64,000 nucleotides of DNA from Patellaria atrata CBS 101060 (lineage: Eukaryota), in the NCBI GenBank assembly GCA_010093705.1, contig MU006108.1, positions 186,099 to 250,098 on the forward strand, written 5' to 3'. The notes under the pieces were generated by a model. That model was not told where the DNA came from. It did not search any database and saw nothing but the letters and a program-made list of their open reading frames with translations. Below, piece after piece: positions 37,088-49,457 of the stretch. Position numbers and translations under genes: made by a program. Positions within the stretch are counted from its first letter, which is position 1. The number at the start of each line of letters is the position of its first letter.

Positions 37088-37827
37088 GGTAGGGTAGTGT
37101 AGGGTAATGTAGTGTGGACGTTTTCCTTGGATGGGATCGTGTCGTAGGGATACATCAAATGCATCAACTAAGCGTAAACTGAGCATACATATTGGGCTGA
37201 GCCTCTGGAAACCACCGATCGAATCGGATCTATCTAACAACTGTAGGTATGCATGAGTAAGCCAACTCAACAAACCATCCCCAGCAGCCGTGGAATTCAT
37301 AATATACGCTCAACGCCGACCCCAGAATAGCAAAATACATATCAACCACAACGCCTTGCGCACCAAGAACGCACATGTGAACCTCTTCCCCAGTCAAGCT
37401 GAACAAGTGAACCTTCCACGCACTGCTCGCATCGTCATACCCCCCAAATCGCCCTGCCCAGACTCCGGCTATCCCGTCCACTGCGCATCCCTGTCGCGTA
37501 GGCGACGAATCAGAATGTGCAGGGTTATGCGGCGTCACTGATTGGGGGTAGCGGGTGTTGCCTGTTCGGGAAATCCGTGGAGCTGAGTTACGACTTGTGG
37601 ATGGGTATATAAAGGCTGGTATTTTTACGTGTTGAGATTTGGGTTCTCGTTGATAGTGTGGAATTAGTTCTAGTTCTATAGGTTGGGCTTGCTGCTTTGT
37701 TGCTGGTATAGAACTATAGCTTTGTTTTTTTTTTTTTCCTTTCTTTTTTTAACGAAGGTTGGTTGTATCTAGGTTTTTGATATCGATTTATTCAGACAAA
37801 TACGGTACTAAGACTTTCATATCGGTC

Positions 37828-40094
37828 ATGGCTGTTCCGGAGATGGAAGCAGTTAATAGTACCAACGGCGTTGAAGTGGAAGTTAAACAGAAAACCAACG
37901 GGACAAGCGTGGAAAACGTGAAAGATACCAGCGCAGCGGAAACCACGGAAGAAAACAATGGCACTACACCGACAGACACTACAAAAAAAGACAGCGACAG
38001 AGACGACGAAGCCAAACCAGAAGAATCCCCCTGGTCCATCGGCAGCATTACCGAGATCAAAGCGCTCGTCTCCCGCTACGACAGCACGGGACAACAAGAG
38101 ACCATTGAGCGGTCCAAATACCTTTCCTCCAAGAACGAGCGGCCCTTCAACTCCTACGTGCTGGTGTCAAAACAGCACTTCGACGTCAAAGGCAAGATCG
38201 AAAAGACGACCGTCGAGATAAACTCGCCCGAGATACTGGACGCGCTGAGGGAGCTCGTGACGTACTACCCGGCCGAACCGCTCGACTTCGACGGGAGCGC
38301 GACGTACGACTCGCCGTTCACGCTTCTGAATCATTACAGAGACGAGTTGGAAGCTTTTGCCGCGAGATCGGGAAACGAGACGACAAAAGCGCACGTGCAA
38401 CTGTTGCTGGAGTATCTGGAGTCCGAAGCCGGGGACGGTGGACGGCAGGCCGTGAAGCTGATCCAGGCGGGCATCATCGCGTTCGATAAGCTGTGGATGG
38501 TGTTCAAGCCGGGGGAGCTGCTGTACACGACGGACGTGGGGCACGAGCGGCTGTTCCTACTACAGAAGACGGGCTACGGCGTCACGGGCAGCGGGTGCAA
38601 GTACTTCGAGGTGTCGTGTGCGTACACGTCGTGCGACGGGGTCAAGGCTGGGACCTCGAGCGTGGATCTGCTGATCTGGGAGAATAAGGAGTTCGTGGGG
38701 AAGGCGCCGACGGCGATTCGGCAGCTGTCGGTGCATCCGCTGCGGTATTCAGGTTGCGATGGGGAGGAGTTGAAGGGACGGTTGACGGAGAGGGGGAAGA
38801 AGTATTTGGAGGTTGTTGGGGCGAGGCCGTTTCATTATGATGGGTTGTATCAGTATTTGAAGATGCCGCCGAGCGATCACTACGATGAGAAGTCGACTTA
38901 TGATGGGGTTTGGATGCCGCGTTCGGTAAGTGCAAGGTAAAACACCATGCATGATTTGTTTTACTGACTTATTGAATAGATGACTGGGAGGGTGGTGATT
39001 GATGCGAAAACATTTGCGGAAGAGGTTAGACGGCGAAAGGAAGAAAATGCGGAATTTGCGTCCATCTTCGGTCGATTTGGAGCTGATAAAGGAGAGGGAG
39101 AAAAGAAAGGTGATTCATATCTCAAAATAATAACCCTTGACCTACTTACTGACAGAAAGCAGGATGCGGTAACGATGTCTTTGGAGTGCAAACATGCGAA
39201 ACAGATCCTTTACTGTGCCCACCATATCTTTACGGATTTGAGCTCGACTCTAAGGAGTGGTGTAAATTCTTCCTTGAGAACTTAAATCCGATTGAGTGGA
39301 AAGCAAACGCTATGGATTCTATTTTCATCCCGGACCGGCAAAGAAGACTTATAACCGCGCTTGTCACCGCTCATAGGTTCCCCGACCACGCTCGTGATGA
39401 AGCAGCGCTAAAGGGTAAAGGTCTCATCGCCTTATTGCACGGAACGCCCGGTAGCGGAAAGACTCTGACAGCAGAAATGGTGGCGGAGCATACCAAGCGT
39501 CCACTCCTCAAGATTTCAACAGGAGAGTTGGGCAGTTGGGAACACGAAATATCAGCAGAGTTACGAAAGTTACTCACCTATGCTTCGCTATGGCATGCTA
39601 TCGTGCTCATGGACGAAGCCGACGTATTCCTAGAAGCTCGCCGCAGCGGTGTCGCAGAGCAGATGGAGCGTAATGCTCTCGTAGCCGAATTCCTCCGTCA
39701 GCTGGAGTATTTCCAGGGAATACTGTTCCTCACATCCAACCGCGTGAGCGTCTTCGACGCAGCGATCAAGTCCCGACTTCATCTTGCGCTGAAATATCAA
39801 GCTCCTGACCAGGCCACGCGAAGGCGGATATGGGAGCAGCATATTTTGCTGGCTGATACCCATGATGACGATCTCGACATGGAGAAGGCATTGGGCGTCC
39901 TGGAGAAGCCGGACATGAACGGAAGAGAGATTGCTAATGCGGTCAATACCGCTAGAACTCTGGCTACGAGTGAGGATACTTCCCTCCGCTTGGAGCATTT
40001 AGAGACTGTTATTTCTGTTTGGACGGACTTTCAGGCAACTTTGAAGGAGATTGAGAAAGAGGATTTGGAGGGATTTGATATTGCAAGGGGTTGA
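37828..40094 (+). CDS. Fungal AAA+ ATPase (single AAA domain, long N-terminal domain)
   Basis: Walker A LLHGTPGSGKT, Walker B VLMDEAD, LEYFQGILFLTSNR, DAAIKSR, MNGREIAN; two introns (about 38926-38979 and 39110-39162). Confidence 0.92.
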
Positions 40095-40603
40095 TATGCT
40101 CCAGTGTATCTGAAATAGAGTCCTGTACTATTGAGAGATAAAAGATGAATCATGATAGAATACAATGAGAGCTGTCCAGTATGATTGACTGAGATAGCTA
40201 TTGCTTGAATTAATGTCCTTATTGAACTCTATGTCTGTAAATTCGCAATTCCATGGTATAGTTTGCAAGTTTGAGTTACAGTTAAAGCTGTGGCTATGCA
40301 CTACAAAGGTAGTATCATAGTCATGGACACTTTCTCTCCAGTTTGTAGATATCTATTGTCTTGCGTATTATATCCTTCCGATTCGAAGATTACGATATGA
40401 GGGGGATATACTCTACGGGGAAATTTATCCGCGCTAATACCGAAAAGGAAAAGTTACGAGTCACGGTTCTCAACACCAAACGAAGGGTGCAACGCGACAA
40501 TAGGACAGTTCTTTGCGCAACGCTGCATAACTTCGAACACCTTAGATTTCTCCCAGCTTTTATCCAAACCGTCGAAGAATTCGATGCGATCCCAATTTTG
40601 AAT

Positions 40604-43497
40604 ATGACAGAACGAGACAACAAGCGTAAGGCGGCAGTCGCTGCATCACCTGAGGGGGTGGATGGGCGCGCTTCAAAGCGTCAGAAGCTTCCGGTTAGTA
40701 CTCAAATTCATCAAAATAAGGATGCAGTTGCGTTTGGCAGTGCACTAGGAGAGTTGTAAGAGTTGCGGTTCGACAAGATCAACCATGTACAGCCGGCAGC
40801 AAGACCACCAGCATCCAGCAACAACCGGCTACCTCGTAACGCCCTGCGAACATCTTTAGAGAGCCCCGCGATGATCACACAATCTCACTCACACTTGGGA
40901 AAGAACGTAAATAGAGGAGTTAGGCTAACTTTGTCTGAAATGTTTTGCAGAACGGTGAACACGTCCCTACGCTTTCACACGACGATACGATAGCAGTTGG
41001 ACAAAGGTTCATTGACACATTGAAGGCGGCCAGGGATAAAACGTACGTCCACATTTCGACTCCCTGTTCTGTACTCACGGCCTTCACTTGGGCCTATGGT
41101 TCAGTGAGTATATGGGCATCAGGCTGATAGAATATAACACAGCGGTCGACCCATTGCGACGAGCTTCCTTACACTACCGGATGAGGTATGGAGATATCCT
41201 CACAAGCAATGAGCACCAACTGATCCATACTCCTGTAGAACCAGTTCCCCGGTTACTATGAACAAGTGCAACTTCCTATTGCTTTCGATACCATAGAAGT
41301 ATGCATACCCTCCCCTACGACCCTCCTGCGTTCATGTACAAATCACATCTATACCTCCTGAATACGAGCCCGAGAAGGATCTTTTATGAAAACTCTAGCT
41401 TATTGAGGACATTCACTTACAATTGATACGCAGGAAAAACTACGTCAAAAGGAATATACAAATTTATCACAGGTAGAGGGGGATGTGAAGCGCATGGTTC
41501 AAAATGCCAAACAGTTCAACGACAGGAAGTCTGCTATCTACGATGACGCTGAACGGGTTCGGAAGGCCGCGTTTAACTTCATGGTCAAACACAATCCTTC
41601 ATACAAAGATCCAAACTATGCGCCAGCCCCAACTCCAATCCCTGGCCAAGATGCGAACGGAACGCCTAGAGGTGGCGCCAGAAACAGAGACACACGAGCG
41701 GTAGCAACATCCACGCCTAAAGTAGTCACACCTAAAACACCTGTACCAAAGATAGCTGCCGCTAAAGTTACACCTGTACCTAAACCAGTCCCTAAATCCG
41801 CACCACCAGCAGTTGTGTCTGCACTTGCAGCTCGAACCACATCCGCTGTGGATTCTGAGACCAACTTCGAGGGGAAATCTTTCCAAGAGGCCCAGGAGAT
41901 GATTTTGGACCGAATTATTAGCTATCAGGAGGAAGAGTGAGTGTGTTACGCAGGCGCCTGATGACAGCTAACATTGTAATAGATCCGAGTTACAGATATT
42001 CACGCCATTTGTAAACCTTCCCCCTCGATCCCTTACAGATTACTATGCTCTCATTAAGAACCCGGTATCTTTGAGGGGTGTGCAAAAGCGAATTAGAGGA
42101 CAACATGGTAGGAGTGCTCCTTCCGGTATCACGGACTTCAAGAGCTGGAATGCACTTGAAGAAGAAATGAGTGTTATCTGGCGAAATGCTCGTGCTTACA
42201 ATGAAGATGGAAGCGATATTTACATTCTTGCTGGCGAACTCGAGGTAAATGGCTTTTGGAAGACCTATATCGCGAATGATGCTAACTTTTCTACAGACGT
42301 TTTTCAAAGATTTACTTGTGAAAGCAAAGGCGAGTGTGGAGGAACCTCCACAACCGAAGATCAAATTGAATCTTGGACCTAAACAGCCTTCATTAAAGCT
42401 ACGTTTTAGCACAGGACGGGGTAGCCCTTCGTCTACGGAGAACCCGAATACACCAGTCGCCCGAAGTTCTGCTACTCCGGGAGTGATAGTAGATAATGAT
42501 GCTCTTGAGAGGCAACAACAACATGTTCTGGCTGGTATGAATGGTCAGCAGCAGACCGCAAACGCCGCAGCAAAGCCACTAGCACCGCGAAATCCATTTT
42601 CACGTGCTGGATCATCTGGAACACCCGTTCCACCTGGACGAGCAAGTGCACAACCACTTGTAGAACAGCTTCGGGCCGCTTCTGCAGGCTCTCCTGGGCT
42701 CATGACAAACGGTGTCAAGAGCGAAACGCAGCCTAGTCAATCACCTGCGCCAAATCCGATCCAACCAAATGTCACACCCGATTCAAACGTCAATGGGTCT
42801 CTTGTCCAACCAGATCAACCTACTCAAACTGTAACATCTACGATGCCTCCACCTCCGACGATTCGGCCTTCCAGTGGTAGCCCACACCCTCATACGCTTC
42901 CTCAGGCACAAAACACAAGTCATCATCACTACCCACCTCATCAGTCAGTGGCTCCACCTGGTGTTGAGCCATGGTTCCGGGCTTCAGACAGAAGTAAGTA
43001 TAACTAAGAAAAATTTTCATTGTCGAATATAGTGTATTTTAGGGATTTTGCTAACGTTCATTACCGTAGATTCTATTCTTCCATCACTATCGCTTACTAC
43101 TTCACCCCTATGTGGTCTTCCTAGGCCATGGAACCATACTATCCATGCGTTACCTACCAAAGTTCAGCAGAGCATTACACTGAGTTTACCTCCAACACAT
43201 CATGCTGTTCAAATCGTGCCAACAGTGCCGGTTGCCTTAACTGATAGGCCGTACCGTTTGTTCGTCACAGTCAATGGTGCTCGGTTAATGGAGACACATC
43301 GTACTCAGGAAGATAAAAACAAGGAAAAAGGCCGGCCCTTATTCGATGGTAGATTACAAGCAGGTGTCAACCGTATTGAGGTGGAGGTGATTGCAGCAAC
43401 TGCGGCTCCTCCTCCTAGAGGATCCGGTATCAAACCTCAAGAAGAGAAGATAGAGTGGGAGAAGATGACAGTTTATGTTAATCTGATGAGGCATTAA
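40604..43497 (+). CDS. RSC4: Tandem-bromodomain chromatin remodelling subunit (Rsc4/polybromo-like)
   Basis: Bromodomain 1 (YYEQVQLPIAFDTIE...MVQNAKQFN) and bromodomain 2 (DYYALIKNPVSL...IWRNARAYNEDGS), a Pro-rich linker and a C-terminal beta-rich domain (GVNRIEVEVIA). Multi-exon model joins in frame. Confidence 0.8.
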
Positions 43498-43930
43498 TAT
43501 TGATGAGGAGTCATCCTCTTCTATCTCGCGTCGGAGTTTAGGATCTTAGGGGTATTACTTATTACGGTAGCTAGTGTCGCTGGAGTTTCTGGCTGGGAGT
43601 GTGGTCTATTGGCGAGCATACTGTAGGCGTTGATATTCCAATCATTGAATCACATTGGCGGTTTTTGTTTCTCATCTTCAATATGAGTTTGTAGAAAGTA
43701 ATTGATTGATGTTATCTATCTCATGGGCTACAGTACCTGACTACTGTAAATAATGCGGATTTTTTTTCTTGACCGCCCCGAAATTTCCGCCAAGCCGCTT
43801 AGCTGACTAGATGTAAGTGGGTCCGAAATTCTACCTTAGAGAAAAGTTTCGGATCTCGAAAGAAAAGTTCGATTTTGACCTTACAAGATCCTCTCCTTCC
43901 AGTAAATATTAAGGAACCTCAATCACGATC

Positions 43931-46049
43931 ATGGCCGACGAAGTTTACGAGGGTGCCATTGGTATCGATCTTGGTATGTTCGCGACACAGTTTCGCTATG
44001 CTAGACGCACATTTGCTGACACCGCACACAAGGTACTACATATTCTTGCGTGGCCAACTACGAGGGAACAAATGTAGAAATCAGTATGTGATATTTGATT
44101 CATGTCTCTATTGGTCTTCTAGATCTAACGCAGAACTTCTAGTTGCCAATGAGCAGGGTAGTTTTACTACACCTTCCTTCGTTTCCTTCACTGCTGAGGA
44201 GCGCCTCATCGGTGAGGCTGCGAAGAATCAGGCTACTATGAATCCGATCAATACTGTCTTTGACATCAAGTAAGTCCATATCACTACTTGACACTTGAAG
44301 AGTGAATGGCTTACAATCTGTTAGGCGCCTCATTGGCCGGAGATTCGATGACGAGACCGTCAAGAAAGATATCCAATCGTGGCCGTTCAAAGTCATCGAT
44401 AGGGATGGTAGTCCATTCGTTCAGGTTGAGTATCTTGGTGAAACGAAGATCTTTTCGCCTCAGGAGATCTCTGCCATGGTTCTCGGCAAAGTGCGTATCA
44501 TATCGAATCCTTTTTTTGAGCTTACTAACGCATACACAGATGAAGGAGGTTGCGGAAGTCAAGCTCGGCAAGAAAGTCGAGAAAGCAGTCATCACTGTGC
44601 CTGCTTACTTCAATGACAACCAGAGACAGGCGACGAAAGATGCCGGTGCTATTTCTGGATTGAACGTTCTCCGTATCATCAACGAACCAACAGCCGCTGC
44701 CATTGCTTACGGTCTTGGTTCAGGAAAGTCAGAGAAAGAGAGGAATGTTCTGATCTACGATCTAGGCGGTGGGACTTTCGATGTTTCTCTTCTACACATT
44801 CAGGGTGGAGTTTTCACTGTGAAGGCCACAGCCGGTGACACACATTTGGGTGGTCAAGATTTTGATACCAACTTATTGGAACATTTCAAGAAGGAGTTTC
44901 AACGTAAGACGAAGAAGGATATCTCTAACGATCCCCGTGCTTTACGACGTCTGCGAACGGCCTGTGAACGCGCCAAGCGTACCCTTTCTACCGGAACTCA
45001 GACCACCGTAGAAATTGATTCTCTTTTCGACGGTGAGGACTTCAACTCTAATATCACCCGAGCTCGTTTCGAAGACCTAAACCAGAAGGCGTTCGGCGGT
45101 ACTATTCAGCCCGTAGAACAAGTTCTGCAAGATGCTGGGTTGGACAAGAGCAAGGTCGACGAGATCGTTCTTGTTGGTGGATCTACTCGTATCCCTAAGA
45201 TCCAGAAGCTCCTCAGTGATTTCTTCGGTGGAAAGAAATTGGAGAAGAGCATCAACCCAGATGAAGCTGTAGCTTACGGTGCTGCTGTTCAGGCCGGTAT
45301 TCTGTCTGGCAAGGCGACCTCTGCCGATACTGCGGACTTGCTTCTTCTTGACGTTGTCCCTCTGTCATTGGGTGTCGCTATGGAAGGAAACATTTTCGCA
45401 TCTGTTGTTCCCCGTGGTCAAACTGTCCCTACTATCAAGAAGCGAACGTTCACCACCGTTGCAGACAACCAGCAGACCGTCCAATTCCCCGTTTACCAAG
45501 GTGAGCGTGTCAACTGTGAGGACAACACATCTCTTGGTGAATTCACTCTTGCTCCTATTCCACCAATGAAGGCTGGCGAGGCCGTTCTCGAGGTCGTGTT
45601 TGAGGTCGATGTCAACGGTATCCTGAAGGTCACCGCAACAGAAAAGACTTCCGGTCGCAGTGCAAACATTACTATTTCCAACTCAGTTGGTAAGCTCTCA
45701 TCGACTGAGATTGAGAACATGATCAACGGTATGTCCGTCCCTTGGTTACAGAAATGATTGTACTAACAGATTCACGACAGATGCGGAAAAGTTCAAAACT
45801 AGCGATGAGGCGTTCAGCAAGAAGCACGAATCAAGACAACAACTCGAATCGTACATCTCTCGCGTCGAGGAGATGATCTCAGACCCAGGCATGTCGATGA
45901 AGCTTAAGCGTGGCCAAAAGGAGAAGATCGAGTCGGCCCTGAGTGATGCTATGGCTCAGCTTGAAATCGAGGATACTGCTGCTGATGACTTGAGAAAGAA
46001 GGAGCTCGCATTGAAGCGGGTTGTCACCAAGGCTTTCTCTACCCGTTAA
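43931..46049 (+). CDS. SSB1: Ribosome-associated Hsp70, SSB type
   Basis: [46 protein letters not shown]-type C-terminus [13 protein letters not shown] without EEVD; 5 introns. Confidence 0.97.
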
Positions 46050-46958
46050 GCAACAAAGTGCAAGTGGTAACAAAAACCGATGTACTGGTGGAGCAAGGGA
46101 ATGTGGGGCGGAAACTTCCAAAATCCTTCTGAGTTTGTCTACATCTAGATCGGTGCATTTGGGCCCCAAAAGTGCGTATGAGGGATTCTCTTTGGAGTCC
46201 TTTTGATTTCTTAGGTTGATGTTCAGCGTATTGTAAGGGAATTTGTCTCTGGCAACACTCAGAGAAAGCTCCTTGTATGAAGTTATAGGTTACCATGAAT
46301 ATGAACACGAACATATGATTGAAATTCTCCTTGAACTTATTAATAGAAGTGGGCATTATTGTTACGAGCGCTGATAAGAGTTTAATACACACCGTCGTGG
46401 CTGTTTACACAGTTTCGAAAATTAGGTGGTACACAGTGCAAAAGCTACTTTCACGTGCGCCTTGGCTGTCAAGTCGAAACGAGAGCGACGGGAATGACGG
46501 AAACAAAATATGTAGAAACACCGGAAGTACGTGGATGCCATTGTAGAGGGACGTGGACAGCAGCTACTCAAAACATGCCATTCGTCACCCTCGCTGTCAT
46601 TCCAAGCTTCCAAGTACAACTCATATTGATGGATGGAAATTGGGATCAAATTCTAACAACGAATATCGCCAAAACCCACGCCCATTAACAACCCCGGTCA
46701 AACGCGACCCCCTTTCGTTCTCAACTACAGCGCGGTATCTGACCATTGCGGTACAATACTTTGGACATTCGGAAAACTCGTGAACCCACACAAAACCGCC
46801 TTTCCCCATGGCTTTATAGTGTCAATTAATCTGCTACCATTTATACTTTTTCTTTGGCTCCAACCTTGCATACCGCATTACCGCTAAGAATTCGGCTGGC
46901 GTCAATCGGTGAAGCGAAAGAAAAAAAATATAATTAACTTAAACCACAGTCGCCCACC

Positions 46959-48666
46959 ATGACAACCAGCAGCAGTAAGTCTCTGGATTTAGAGGCTCAA
47001 GTTGTTGTTATGCCGATAAGTCAATGTACCCAACCTCGTTTCGTTCCTCCATCCCCATTTACGCGTCTTGTGTGAGCTTACATGCTAATTCTTCACTCTC
47101 TCTGGTAGATACTGCTGCCCATGAGTGCGTCTCGGAAGAGGCGCTAGCGCATCTCAAAACATACAAATACTCCAGTGTTGATAAGTCGTTAATATCACGC
47201 TATATACTTAAACATTATGTACGCACATCCTCCATGAATACCATTACCACTCCTAGTACCCCAGTCTAACATACTACATCAGTGGAATACGTTTGTGGAA
47301 GTTCTACCGCTATGGGTGGCGCCGAATATGGTAACGCTGCTGGGGTTCTTCTTCATAATTGGGAATGTGGGCATATTAGAGCTGTATATCCCCGATTTCG
47401 TGGGACCGGTACGAACACCAAAATGGCTACTTCAGATTGAGATATAGGACAAAGCATGCTGATATTAGGTATAGGCTCCATCATGGGTATACTACAGTTT
47501 TGCTTTCGGTCTTTGGATGTGAGTATGATGTTTACAATTTGGCGTATTTAAGAGTCTCATAGCGGACATCTAGGTACTCGACAATGGACAATGTCGATGG
47601 CAAACAGGCACGAAGAACAGGCACATCGAGCGGACTAGGAGAACTCTTTGAGTGCGTATATTACAATCCGATTGGACCAACAACTTCCTCGTATTGACAT
47701 GGACCAGTCACGGCATCGACTCTCTGAATTGTACATTGGCTAGCATGCTAGAAGTTGCGGCCATGGGCTACGGCTCAACGAAAACCGGTGCCTTCACCTG
47801 CTTGATACCTTGTTTACCGATGTTTTTCTCTACGTGGGAAACGTATCACACGCATACGTTGTACCTTGGTTATTTCAATGGCCCAACAGGTACGTTAGCA
47901 CAAGATTACACAACAAAGAAAATCTGTCTGACAATTTGCAGAGGGCCTTATCCTTGCCTGCACGTTCATGGTTCTCTCCGGTTACTATGGTCCCTCTATA
48001 TGGTCCACTCCCATCGTGGAACATATTCCTTCCTTATCAGCGTATCTGGATTTCGATCTCTCCTTCCGTGATCTATGGGTACCCATCCTGTTTGGAGCCT
48101 TTCTAATTGCCCATCTCCCTGCCTGCGTTCTCAATGTCGCCCGTGCCCGACGCGCACAGAATCTTCCGGTCCTTCCTCTATTGCTCGAATGGACTCCTGT
48201 GATCATTTTCTCACTCTGTTGCACCGCCTGGCTCGGAAGCCCGTATTCAACAATTCTGAGCTCTAATCATCTTGTCCTGTTTTGTTGTACCATGAGCCTT
48301 GTCTTTGGCCGCATGACAACCAAGATTATCCTCGCCCACTTGACCCGACAACCGTTTCCATACTGGACTGTTATGCTGACTCCACTCATCGGCGGTGCGG
48401 TGCTCGTAAATTTACCCTATATTGGACTGGGCATCCCGAGTGTGGTTGAGAATGTTGAGACATGGTATCTGCGCGGATACTTTGTTTTTGCGGCAATCGT
48501 CTACGTCCGATGGGCTACTCTGGTTATCAACAGCATCTGCGCCTATCTGGGGATAAATTGTTTGACAATTCCTGCAAAGAAGCAAGCGGAGATACGCGAA
48601 AAAGAGAAAGTCGAGTGGGCGAATGGTTCTAGTACCAATGGAGCTGCTGGTACGAAAAAAGATTAG
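46959..48666 (+). CDS. EPT1: CDP-choline/ethanolamine:diacylglycerol phosphotransferase (Ept1/Cpt1 family)
   Basis: [21 protein letters not shown]-alcohol motif [32 protein letters not shown], multiple TM helices; about 7 exons. Confidence 0.92.
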
Positions 48667-49457
48667 AGTACAGTGATACTAGACTATACCAGTAGTCTAG
48701 TGGAAGTTAAGATCGTATCTCATAGACCTTAGAGGGGCTGTTCATTATACCGTTCCTGATTGAGCCATGGTCGCCAGCAGCAGTTTGGATATGGCCCTCA
48801 CATCAGGGAGTTCTGGGCATTTGGGTGGAGCGAATTTCTTTATCAGCATTAGCGATGCTTCTTCCCCAGGTGTTGTGGCACTGGAAGGAAAAGGGCCTTG
48901 GAGGCTGGGTCTCCACTATCATATCATCAGGCCTGCCGTGCGCTTTTTGTGCATTCAAAGAGCTGCCTACATTCAACAGCATTAGAGCGATTTTAATGAT
49001 TACTCTATTTTTAATAAGAGAAATTCATGGGTGGAGAGAGAATAGCGACTCTCAAGGTAGGCTTGTACTAGATTTGTAATTAGAAAGTCGAAGAGGCAAA
49101 TGAATATGGTGTCATCAAGCATATTGTTTATAGCTGACGTATTTGCTAAATGATACTGAAAGCTAGATACTAAATCAGTCGTACCCTCTTGATTTGGAAT
49201 TGTATCATCTCCGCGATATCATAGTACCTAGTAAATATGGGTCGGATGATGGGAAACTTTAAACGTTAATTGATCGGCATGTGGCTAAGAACACCTTTTT
49301 GTTGGATCGCCTTGTCAGCACTCTAGAACTACTCTTCAAGATGTTATGCGAACGTCAGGCTTCATGAGCATTTTCCTCAACGAAAAGCTGACGTTCTCGA
49401 GAGATATATCGATAATGATGGGTGCTTGAAACAAAAACACGTTCTACTATCTGCAGA

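Noticed and set aside
41043..41142. Possible stwintron in RSC4 intron 2 (internal ACTCAC branch site and TTCAG|TGAGT)
   Set aside because: A [D1,2] route needs a G before the first donor and an [A2,3] route needs a G after the last AG. Both positions are C, and simple splicing of the 100-nt intron already restores the frame.
47519..47573. Apparently non-canonical branch site (GCGGAC) in an EPT1 intron
   Set aside because: An upstream CTCAT variant can serve as branch site; the donor and acceptor are canonical.
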